Shown in pieces: positions 1 to 7,259 of a DNA stretch of 64,000 bases. The first letter of the stretch is position 1; each line of letters opens with the position of its first letter. The DNA comes from Candidatus Magasanikiibacteriota bacterium (lineage in GTDB: Bacteria; Patescibacteriota; Patescibacteriia; Magasanikbacterales; GWA2-37-8). The stretch covers positions 399,860 to 463,859 of the forward strand of contig DAIOHD010000001.1 of assembly GCA_036744835.1 (NCBI GenBank), written 5' to 3'. The notes under the pieces are model-generated. The model saw nothing but the letters and a program-made list of their open reading frames with translations. It made no database searches and was not told the DNA's origin. Both the position numbers and the translations under genes were made by a program.

Positions 1-335
1 TAGATTTTAAAAATATTGATGAAAAATATAAAAAATTAGTTCGTAAAAATTCATTAGGTTTTGAAGTTTTTTCAAATGGAAAAAAAATAGAAAGCCCTGA
101 AGGTGCAGAATTAGCTGCTGTAAGGCAAATAGCTCATGAAATTTTAAAAACTTTTAAAAAAAATTATCCGCATAAAACAATGATAACAAAAAACACTGAT
201 TTTATATTAAGTGGAACAAATCTTTTAATTTCTAAAGTGGAATCTAAAAAAAATATATATAAAAATAAAATTGGCAGAAATGAAAAATGTATATGTGGTA
301 GTGGTAAAAAATATAAAAAATGTTGTGGAATATAA
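1..335 (+). CDS. secA: SecA preprotein translocase ATPase, C-terminal fragment (5' end cut by window edge)
   Basis: Frame 3 is open from the window start to TAA at 333-335. The C-terminus ...IGRNEKCICGSGKKYKKCCGI matches the SecA C-terminal zinc-binding motif (CxCxSGKKYKxCCG). Confidence 0.7.
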   Translation, partial: DFKNIDEKYKKLVRKNSLGFEVFSNGKKIESPEGAELAAVRQIAHEILKTFKKNYPHKTMITKNTDFILSGTNLLISKVESKKNIYKNKIGRNEKCICGSGKKYKKCCGI

Positions 336-364
336 TTTTTTAAAAAAAATTTTAAAATTAAAAT

Positions 365-649
365 ATGAAAAAATTTACAATTATTTTAAGTATTTTAGTT
401 GGTTTTTTTATTTTATTTGCATTTTTTATTTATTTTTTTGAATCTTATCAAAATATTAAAATCAGAAATGCCAATGCTTGTTATAATGAATTAACAAAAG
501 AAATTATCAAAGTTTGTGATAAAAAATGGGGTGAGCCAGGAAATGAATGTAGAAATGATTTTTTTTATAAAACCCCTTGTGGAAAAGCTATCAGAGAAGT
601 TTATTTTCCAAATAAAATTTGGGGAAATAATATTAAAAATATTAAATAA
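365..649 (+). CDS. hypothetical small secreted/membrane protein (N-terminal TM or signal segment, 6 Cys)
   Basis: 94-aa ORF from the track with a hydrophobic N-terminus and a Cys-rich tail. No recognisable family. Confidence 0.4.
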   Translation: MKKFTIILSILVGFFILFAFFIYFFESYQNIKIRNANACYNELTKEIIKVCDKKWGEPGNECRNDFFYKTPCGKAIREVYFPNKIWGNNIKNIK

Positions 650-655
650 ATTTAT

Positions 656-1009
656 ATGTCTCAAACCCTCAACATCCTATTCTTTACCATCATAATCATC
701 GCCGGATTTAGAATCTACGCGCTCAAACGCGAAATCGTCGCTTTATCCAAAGAATTGGAAAATGATAAAAAAGAATTTTCCACGCTTTCAAATTTTAACG
801 AAAAACAAATTGAGATAAAAAATAGAAATAAAGATAAGGTGATAAAAATGTTTGACAAACTAAGCAAAATTTCCAACAAAGACGTCGCCAAAGAATTGGA
901 TATCTCCAGCACCACATCTTTTCGTTATTTGGAGGAATTGGAAAAAGAGGGAAAGGTAAAACAGGTGAAGAAATGGGGAAGAGATGTAAAATATGTTTTG
1001 AATGGTTAA
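656..1009 (+). CDS. hypothetical membrane-anchored protein with C-terminal winged-helix (HTH)-like segment
   Basis: 117-aa ORF with an N-terminal TM helix, a coiled-coil middle, and a C-terminal segment DVAKELDISSTTSFRYLEELEKEGKV that resembles MarR/DeoR-type wHTH domains. Confidence 0.4.
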   Translation: MSQTLNILFFTIIIIAGFRIYALKREIVALSKELENDKKEFSTLSNFNEKQIEIKNRNKDKVIKMFDKLSKISNKDVAKELDISSTTSFRYLEELEKEGKVKQVKKWGRDVKYVLNG

Positions 1010-1040
1010 AAGTTGTTTTAGTAATTCAAATATTTTTAAT

Positions 1041-1096
1041 GACCAAACCCCAATGACCAATGACCAATCAAATCCCAATAACCAAATGCCCAAAAG
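1041..1096. repeat. (CCAAT-N)n repeat array, arm A (CCCAATGACCAATGACCAATCAAATCCCAATAACCAAATGCCC)
   Basis: Direct read of the sequence. It is inverted relative to the array at 1436-1490, and the two bracket the four-helix-bundle gene. Confidence 0.8.
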
Positions 1097-1448
1097 TAAG
1101 TATGATTTGGAAGAAAGAACAGCTTTGTTTTCAGAGAATTTAATAGACTTTTGTAAGAACATTAAACATAATACAATAACCACTCCTTTGATATCTCAAA
1201 TTGTCAGATCAGGTACTAGTATTGATGCTAATTATTGTGAAGCTGATGAAGCTAGTTCTAAAAAGGATTTTATCAATAAAATTTGTATTGCTATAAAGGA
1301 AACAAAAGAAACTAAATATTGGCTCCGAATCATAGCCCATACCGTGCCGGAACAAAAAGATATAGCTAGAATGCTTTGGAGAGAAGCCCAAGAATTAAAC
1401 CTAATCTTTGCCAGTATCATCAGAAGCTCTCGCGGTATTGGGAATTAG
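1086..1448 (+). CDS. four-helix-bundle protein (23S rRNA intervening-sequence protein / Avd-like family, TIGR02436/PF05635)
   Basis: MPKSKYDLEERTALFSENLIDFCKNIK...SQIVRSGTSIDANYCEADEASSKKDF...ETKYWLRIIAH follows the conserved pattern of this family. Start chosen at ATG 1086 because the upstream extension in the ORF track is encoded by the CCAAT repeat array. Confidence 0.75.
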   Translation: MPKSKYDLEERTALFSENLIDFCKNIKHNTITTPLISQIVRSGTSIDANYCEADEASSKKDFINKICIAIKETKETKYWLRIIAHTVPEQKDIARMLWREAQELNLIFASIIRSSRGIGN

Positions 1449-1490
1449 GAATTGGGTATTGATTGGGTATTGGGAATTGGACATTGGGAT
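1436..1490. repeat. (ATTGG-N)n repeat array, arm B (ATTGGGAATTAGGAATTGGGTATTGATTGGGTATTGGGAATTGGACATTGGGATT)
   Basis: Reverse-complement orientation of arm A. It overlaps the stop codon of the four-helix-bundle ORF. Confidence 0.8.
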
Positions 1491-1515
1491 TTTTCATCAG
1501 TTTTTAGCCAAAAAA

Positions 1516-1541
1516 AACACTCCAACCTAGGGTGAAGTGTT
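1516..1541. repeat. palindromic AACACTCCAACC-TAGG-GTGAAGTGTT element (terminator-like hairpin followed by TTTAAAA); family copy 1
   Basis: Imperfect 11-bp palindrome. Related copies lie at 58789-58814 (reverse orientation) and 63703-63730. Confidence 0.7.
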
Positions 1542-1566
1542 TAAAAAATAAATAATTTTAAATAAT

Positions 1567-2259
1567 ATGCCCAAACCTCGTCGCGTTGCCATTTTTGACA
1601 TTGACGGAACGATATTTCGCTCCAGTCTTTTGATTGAGATAACCGAAGCCTTGATAGATGAAGGTATATTTTCGCCCAAGACCAGAAATATTTACATGAA
1701 ACCTTACAAAAACTGGTCCAATCGCAAAGATACTTACGAGAAATATATTGATTCGGTAGTAACGGCTTTCTTGAAAAACATCAAAGGTGTTGATTATAAT
1801 ATTTTTACCAAAATTGTCAGAAGGGTGATAAATGCGAAAAAAGACCGGGTTTATCGTTACACTCGCGATTTGGTTCATGATCTCAAGAAGAAAGGTTTTT
1901 TTCTCCTGGCTATTTCTCAATCACCCAAAGAGCTTGTTCAAAATTTCGGTTATAAGATGGGCTTTGATAAAGTTTATGGTCAATATTATGAAGTTGGTAA
2001 AAACAAGAAATTTACCGGTAAAGTTTTATCATTAGAGATGACCGGTAACAAAGCCAATTTACTTAACCGCGCGTTGGAGAGAAACAATATTACTCTGAAA
2101 GGATCTGTTGGAGTTGGGGATAGTGAAAGCGACATTGCTTTTTTGAAAATGGTGGATAATCCGATTTGTTTCAATCCCAATAATAAACTTTATCAACACG
2201 CCAAAAAACATGGATGGAGTGTTATAATAGAAAGAAAAGATGTTGTGTATAAAATATAA
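1567..2259 (+). CDS. HAD-superfamily hydrolase, subfamily IB (phosphoserine-phosphatase-like)
   Basis: N-terminal FDIDGT (HAD motif I) and C-terminal GDSESDIAFL (motif IV). 230 aa. Confidence 0.8.
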   Translation: MPKPRRVAIFDIDGTIFRSSLLIEITEALIDEGIFSPKTRNIYMKPYKNWSNRKDTYEKYIDSVVTAFLKNIKGVDYNIFTKIVRRVINAKKDRVYRYTRDLVHDLKKKGFFLLAISQSPKELVQNFGYKMGFDKVYGQYYEVGKNKKFTGKVLSLEMTGNKANLLNRALERNNITLKGSVGVGDSESDIAFLKMVDNPICFNPNNKLYQHAKKHGWSVIIERKDVVYKI

Positions 2260-2280
2260 TCCGAATTTATAAATTTTATC

Positions 2281-2323
2281 CCGCCCGTCAACAACATGAG
2301 CTGTAGGCGATAGCAGGCGGGCG
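2281..2323. repeat. GC-rich inverted repeat (CCGCCCG ... CGGGCGG) downstream of the HAD gene
   Basis: 7-bp GC stem with a loop of about 27 nt and no U-tract. It may be a terminator or a REP-like element. Confidence 0.4.
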
Positions 2324-2379
2324 AAATTACAAAAAAATAATAAAAATTTAATTTAAAAATTTTTGAATAATATAAAATT

Positions 2380-3582
2380 ATGAAAAATCAATTTATTATT
2401 GAAAATAATATTAATGAATACGTAAAATATTATTCGAAAAGAATTTTGAAAGATCCGGAATTTTATAAAAAAGATGAAGCATATAAATATTTAGCAGTTT
2501 CCGTTTTTCAAAAAGAATTTGATTTAAATAAAAAAGATCTAGCATTAATGCTGAAAAAATCATTTTCAAAAGCTAGAAATTTAGTAGGATCTAGTCAATA
2601 TTTACCAGATTCAGTATTGATTGAATTTGCTAAAAAAGACCCAAGAAAAGTTTGTAAATTATTAAAAAATTTATTAACCGAAGGTTTCCCTGCAAAAGAA
2701 AGAATAGATGATTTTATTGAACAAATAAAAAATAATTTTCCTCTTCAAAAAAAACAATACTATATTGATGCGAGATTTTTGAGTTTTTTATTAGCTGCAT
2801 ATAATCCAAATAAATATTTTTATATAAAATCGAAAGAATATAAAAAATTTGCTCAAATGATTGGTTATGAATTAGATTTAAAAGGTTTATCGCAAGGAGA
2901 AAAATATCAAGCCATGGCTGAATTAGCCGAATTAACTAAAAGTATCTTAAAAAATAATAAAGAATTTAATCAAGTACATGAGTTGATTGTAGAAAGTTTT
3001 GACTATAAAGACCATTCAATAAGTTGGGGGACTTTCGATTTTATTTTTGATGTAGCCAGGAGAGAAGGAAATCAATTTGTTAAAGTTAAAGAGAAAATAA
3101 AAGAACAATCAAAGGTTGTTAATGCAAAGAAGGAATCAAGCGAAGAGTTTTTATTAGAAGAAGAAGTTGTTGACGAGATAAAAGAAAAATCAAAAGATGA
3201 AATTTTACAAGAAGCCAGAGAATTTAAACCTAAAGATAATATTGGGTATAAACAAAAAACAGGTGAATTTAAAGTTAGGATTGATAATGCAAGGCAGAAA
3301 ACTAGAGTAAAAATTTTAGAAAATTATATTTGCCAAGTTTGCGGCTTTACTTTTGAATTTCAAAATTCAGAAGGTAAAAAAAGAAAATATGCTGAAGCCG
3401 ATCACATTATAGAGAAATCTAATGGAGGTACAGAAGAAATAACCAATCTTTGGGTTCTTTGCCCAAATTGTCATATGAAAAAAACATTAAATGTTATCAA
3501 AATTGATCCAATAAAAAAAATAGTGACAGAAAATGGTAAAATAATTAAAATTAACGATAATCATTTGGGTTGGAATAAATAA
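2380..3582 (+). CDS. HNH endonuclease domain protein (unknown N-terminal domain, C-terminal HNH)
   Basis: C-terminus CQVCGF..x18..ADHIIEKSNGGTEEITNLWVLCPNCHMKK is a canonical HNH (CxxC...DH...N...CxxCH) motif. The N-terminal 300 aa has no family I recognise. Confidence 0.75.
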   Translation: MKNQFIIENNINEYVKYYSKRILKDPEFYKKDEAYKYLAVSVFQKEFDLNKKDLALMLKKSFSKARNLVGSSQYLPDSVLIEFAKKDPRKVCKLLKNLLTEGFPAKERIDDFIEQIKNNFPLQKKQYYIDARFLSFLLAAYNPNKYFYIKSKEYKKFAQMIGYELDLKGLSQGEKYQAMAELAELTKSILKNNKEFNQVHELIVESFDYKDHSISWGTFDFIFDVARREGNQFVKVKEKIKEQSKVVNAKKESSEEFLLEEEVVDEIKEKSKDEILQEAREFKPKDNIGYKQKTGEFKVRIDNARQKTRVKILENYICQVCGFTFEFQNSEGKKRKYAEADHIIEKSNGGTEEITNLWVLCPNCHMKKTLNVIKIDPIKKIVTENGKIIKINDNHLGWNK

Positions 3583-3588
3583 ATTTTT

Positions 3589-4815
3589 ATGAAACAATTC
3601 TCTCATTCCAAATTACAAGTTTATGAAAGATGTCCTTTGCAATATAAACTCAAATATCTTTCTGATATCAAAGTTAAGCGTGAGAATACAGTCGAAGCTT
3701 TTATGGGTTCGTGTGTTCATAGTGCATTGGAACTTCTTTATGATGATTTGTTAAAAACCAAACTAAATACATTGAAAGATTTGTTAGCTTTTTATCATAA
3801 AACATGGAAAGAAAATTGGGATGATGAAATCAAGATAAATAATAAAAAGTTTGATAAAAAACATTATTATAATTTGGGTAAGAAATGTATCCAAAATTAT
3901 TATGAAAAATATCACCCCTTTGACCAAGATCAGACTATAGGGATTGAAAATAAAATAAGTTTAAAATGGGGCGCCTATGAAGTAATGGGTTATATAGATA
4001 GGTTGTCTAGAGAAAAAAAGGGTGTTTACGCGGTACATGATTATAAAACCGGTAAAATGATGGAGCAAGAATACGCCGATAAAGATCGTCAATTGGCGCT
4101 TTATGCCATGGCGGTAAAAGAAAAGTTTAAAGAAGCAAAAACAGTGAAGTTGATTTGGCATTATGTCGCTTTTGGCGAAGATATTATTTCGCAACGTTCA
4201 AATGAAGAATTGAAGAAATTGAAAAAAGATATTTTGGAATTGATAAAAGAAATAAATCAAGCGGAAAAAGACGATAATTTTCCGGCTAAAGAAACGATGT
4301 GTGATTGGTGTAGTTTTTGGGAATATTGTCCCAAAAAGAAGCATCTATTCAAAATAAAAAAACTTCCCAAAAACGAGTATTTGAAAGAAAGCGGGGTAAA
4401 ATTGGCTGATAAGTATATTGAATTATCCGAAAAAAAATCAAAAATTAACAAGAAGGCAAAAACAGAAGTTGAAGATATCCAAAATGAAATAAAGAAAGTT
4501 GAAGAAGCCCTCTTGAAATACGCGGAAAAAAATAATATAGAAACTGTCCAGGGAGATAAAGCCAGAGTATTGATAAACAAAAAAAGCGTTTATATTTTTC
4601 CTAATAAAACTTCCGGTTTAGAAAATTATATTAAATTGGAAAAATTATTAAAAGAAACAAAGTATTGGAAAATGATCTCTGTAGTAAATAGTGGAAAATT
4701 GGAAGAGTTATTAGAAAAAGATATTTTTGACAAGGGTTTAAAAAAGAAAATAATAGCTTTGGCTCCAAAAGAAGAAACTATTAAAATTTCCATTAAGAAA
4801 AACAATGAAAAATAG
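3589..4815 (+). CDS. PD-(D/E)XK nuclease, RecB/Cas4-like (PDDEXK_1) with Fe-S-type Cys cluster and C-terminal extension
   Basis: N-terminal Cys (ERCPLQY), GYIDRL...AVHDYKTGK (D...D-x-K), QLALYA (QhxxY) and C-terminal CDWCSFWEYC. This is the Cas4/AddB-nuclease signature. A K/E-rich tail of about 150 aa follows. Confidence 0.75.
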   Translation: MKQFSHSKLQVYERCPLQYKLKYLSDIKVKRENTVEAFMGSCVHSALELLYDDLLKTKLNTLKDLLAFYHKTWKENWDDEIKINNKKFDKKHYYNLGKKCIQNYYEKYHPFDQDQTIGIENKISLKWGAYEVMGYIDRLSREKKGVYAVHDYKTGKMMEQEYADKDRQLALYAMAVKEKFKEAKTVKLIWHYVAFGEDIISQRSNEELKKLKKDILELIKEINQAEKDDNFPAKETMCDWCSFWEYCPKKKHLFKIKKLPKNEYLKESGVKLADKYIELSEKKSKINKKAKTEVEDIQNEIKKVEEALLKYAEKNNIETVQGDKARVLINKKSVYIFPNKTSGLENYIKLEKLLKETKYWKMISVVNSGKLEELLEKDIFDKGLKKKIIALAPKEETIKISIKKNNEK

Positions 4816-5374
4816 TATGGACTTACTTGTTAAGACAACAAAAAATAAGGAAAAGAAAAAAGAAGATAATTCTGATAAAAAAGAATTACTTTCTGTTGAT
4901 AAACATCCAAAAAGTGCGGAAAAATATCGCGAAGAGTGGTTTTTTGTTGATTATAAGCCAGCAAGAGAAAACATTTCTTATCAATTACAATATCTAGAGT
5001 TTTTGATAAATTTATACAATGATTATAAAATGTATTTGACCATAGAGTCTTTACATTGTAAAAATATCCTAATAACCCTAGCTTCCATTTTTGAAAGTGC
5101 TTTATTTGATTTGTTGTATCAAATAAACGAACAAAAAGGATTGGGGTTGGATATTAGAGAAGATTTTGTTAGTTTGATAGAATTGAGTTTTCGACATGGG
5201 TTAATAGATGGAAATATGAAATATTCACTTCATGAACTTCGAAAAGTACGTAATTTTGTACATATTTCTAGTTTGGAACATCAAGAATATCAAGCTTATA
5301 CAATTGAGCAAGTAAACTTATATCTTATATTATTAAATAATTTCCAAAAAAGAATGGAGGAAAAATTTAAATAA
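4805..5374 (+). CDS. hypothetical protein with C-terminal HEPN-like (Rx4-6H) motif; overlaps upstream gene by 11 nt
   Basis: 189 aa. ...YSLHELRKVRNFVHISS carries an R-x6-H / RN..H motif in a predicted helical C-terminal region, reminiscent of Abi/DUF4145-type HEPN domains. This assignment is tentative. Confidence 0.4.
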   Translation: MKNSMDLLVKTTKNKEKKKEDNSDKKELLSVDKHPKSAEKYREEWFFVDYKPARENISYQLQYLEFLINLYNDYKMYLTIESLHCKNILITLASIFESALFDLLYQINEQKGLGLDIREDFVSLIELSFRHGLIDGNMKYSLHELRKVRNFVHISSLEHQEYQAYTIEQVNLYLILLNNFQKRMEEKFK

Positions 5375-5504
5375 TATGATACTTATAATAGGAGTTGTAT
5401 TAATTTTGGTGATAGTTGGGGTAGCGAGTTGGTATTTTGTAGATTGAAAAAATTGCAAAGATTACAAAAATTGCAAAAATAAATAAAGTTATGAAGTAAA
5501 AAAT

Positions 5505-6044
5505 ATGAAAAAATATCTAATTTTCTTTTTAGTCATTTCTGTAGTAATTTTATCCGGTTGTAATAAAGCTACGGAAAACAAAGGTGGAGAATCGCAAAAT
5601 CAAGAACAAAAGCAAGAGCAAACAAAAAAAGGTGACATTAGCGACGATGTTTGTGCAGAGTTTAGTGCTGAGCTTGTCGGCAATGCGATGGGAAAAGAGG
5701 TGGTGAAAACAGAAGGTCCGAGTATGGCAAGTTTTTATAACTGCCGATATTATTTCAATTATGACGAAAAGACAAAGAAAGGTGATAATATTCTTTTGAA
5801 TTTAGAAAATTTGGATGTAGCGCGACAAAAAAGAGGTCATGAAATAATGGATAGAACAATAACTACCAATGATAAGATTAAAATGGAGCATTTTATGGCT
5901 ATGCAAGAAGATGGACAGATAAATTCTCTTTATCTAGTTTTAGGTCCAAATAGATTTATCTCTATCAACCGCAGTTCATTCAAAGCTGGAACAAATGAAG
6001 ATATTATCAATTTAGCGGAGAAATTGGCGGAAGAAATTAAATAG
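5505..6044 (+). CDS. lipoprotein, hypothetical
   Basis: Signal peptide plus lipobox (VVILSGC), followed by a low-complexity Q/E-rich linker. Confidence 0.5.
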   Translation: MKKYLIFFLVISVVILSGCNKATENKGGESQNQEQKQEQTKKGDISDDVCAEFSAELVGNAMGKEVVKTEGPSMASFYNCRYYFNYDEKTKKGDNILLNLENLDVARQKRGHEIMDRTITTNDKIKMEHFMAMQEDGQINSLYLVLGPNRFISINRSSFKAGTNEDIINLAEKLAEEIK

Positions 6045-6144
6045 GATACGAAATACGAAAAATTATGAAATTACGAACCGAATTTGAAAATTGATAATTA
6101 AAAATTAATTAAAAATTGTAAAATTAAAAATTAATTAAAAATTC

Positions 6145-6199
6145 ACCCCTGTGAAATTTCGCCGTAGGCGAACCCAACAAAGTTGGGATTTCACGGGGT
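6145..6199. repeat. GC-rich nested inverted repeat (outer stem CACCCCTGTGAAAT/ATTTCACGGGGT enclosing two small hairpins)
   Basis: Read directly from the sequence. Forms a three-way-junction-like fold with no U-tract. Intergenic between the lipoprotein and HIT genes. Confidence 0.5.
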
Positions 6200-6227
6200 A
6201 AAAAATTAAAAATTAAAAATTTTAATT

Positions 6228-6629
6228 ATGTCCAACTGTATTTTTTGCAAAATCATTGCCGGAGAAATTCCGAGTTTCAAAATCTATGAAGACGATTATG
6301 TTTTGGCTTTTTTAGATATTTTCCCGCACGCCAAAGGTCACACAGTCGTTATCCCGAAAAAACATTTGGAAAATATCGATGAATTTAGTGCCGAGGAATG
6401 GAATTTTTTGATGTCCGCGGTTCACAAAGTTGCCAAACGTGTGGAAGAAGTCCTCAAGCCCGACGGACTCAACATCGCGATGAATGATAAGCCTGTTGCC
6501 GGACAAGTAGTACCACACACTCATTGGCATATCTTGCCGAGATACGTTGGAGATGGGGGAGGATCAGTACATTCTATAATTAAAAATCCTGGTGATATAA
6601 AACCGGAGGAATTGATAAAATTATTTTAA
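6228..6629 (+). CDS. HIT-family (histidine triad) nucleotide hydrolase
   Basis: HTHWHILPR histidine-triad motif and an N-terminal CIFCKI. Confidence 0.85.
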   Translation: MSNCIFCKIIAGEIPSFKIYEDDYVLAFLDIFPHAKGHTVVIPKKHLENIDEFSAEEWNFLMSAVHKVAKRVEEVLKPDGLNIAMNDKPVAGQVVPHTHWHILPRYVGDGGGSVHSIIKNPGDIKPEELIKLF

Positions 6630-6632
6630 ATT

Positions 6633-7184
6633 ATGCGTAAAGCAAAAAAAACAGATGAGGAGATTATCCATCAAAATCCCTGGTGGACTTACAAACACGA
6701 TAAGTTTGAAAAAGAAGACGGCAGTGTCGGTGATTATTTTTATGTGCAAACAAACAATAGCGCGATGGTCGTACCTGTGCTTGATGACGGTCGGGTAGTA
6801 TTGATCAATCAATATCGTTATTTACAAGATAGGGAAAGTATAGAATTTCCTTGCGGGCAATTATTGGAAAACGAAGCACCATCAGAAGGTGCTAAGCGTG
6901 AATTATTCGAAGAAACCGGCTATAAAGGCGGGGATTTGATTAAAATAGGTAATTTTTGCGGTTTCAAAGGAGTGGGTAAAGATGAAACCCATCTATTCCT
7001 CGGGACCGATCTCAAACAAATAGATGAACCGCAAAAGGAAGACGATAGCGGAGAAATGGAAGTAATTTATCGTCGGGTGGATGAATTGGAGCAAATGGTT
7101 ATTGAAGGAAAAATTTGGGATGGCCAAACCCTGGCGGCCTTTGCTTTGGTTCGTGATCATCTTTATAAATTGATTACCTCGTAA
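6633..7184 (+). CDS. Nudix hydrolase
   Basis: Nudix box GQLLENEAPSEGAKRELFEETGY. Confidence 0.85.
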   Translation: MRKAKKTDEEIIHQNPWWTYKHDKFEKEDGSVGDYFYVQTNNSAMVVPVLDDGRVVLINQYRYLQDRESIEFPCGQLLENEAPSEGAKRELFEETGYKGGDLIKIGNFCGFKGVGKDETHLFLGTDLKQIDEPQKEDDSGEMEVIYRRVDELEQMVIEGKIWDGQTLAAFALVRDHLYKLITS

Positions 7185-7259
7185 AATTACAAAAGGGGAT
7201 GACTTCTTAGCAAATTTTTTGAGTTTGTGGTATAATACCCACCAGATTAAAGTTTTAAG

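Noticed and set aside
715-1391. Minus-strand ORFs 715..915, 860..1183, 1209..1391 and 1232..1420 antisense to the plus-strand genes.
   Set aside because: They overlap better-supported plus-strand genes, have no SDs and show low-complexity composition. Similar antisense ORFs elsewhere in the track were treated the same way. Examples are 3961..4194, 4257..4580, 6312..6530, 7470..7976, 11312..12601, 31319..33184, 35071..35323, 43425..44148, 47254..48074, 53553..54425 and 61374..62268.
5376-5447. 23-codon hydrophobic micro-ORF (MILIIGVVLILVIVGVASWYFVD) directly after the HEPN-like gene.
   Set aside because: It has no SD and starts 1 nt after the upstream stop. It could be a translationally coupled micro-peptide, but the evidence is too thin to call.
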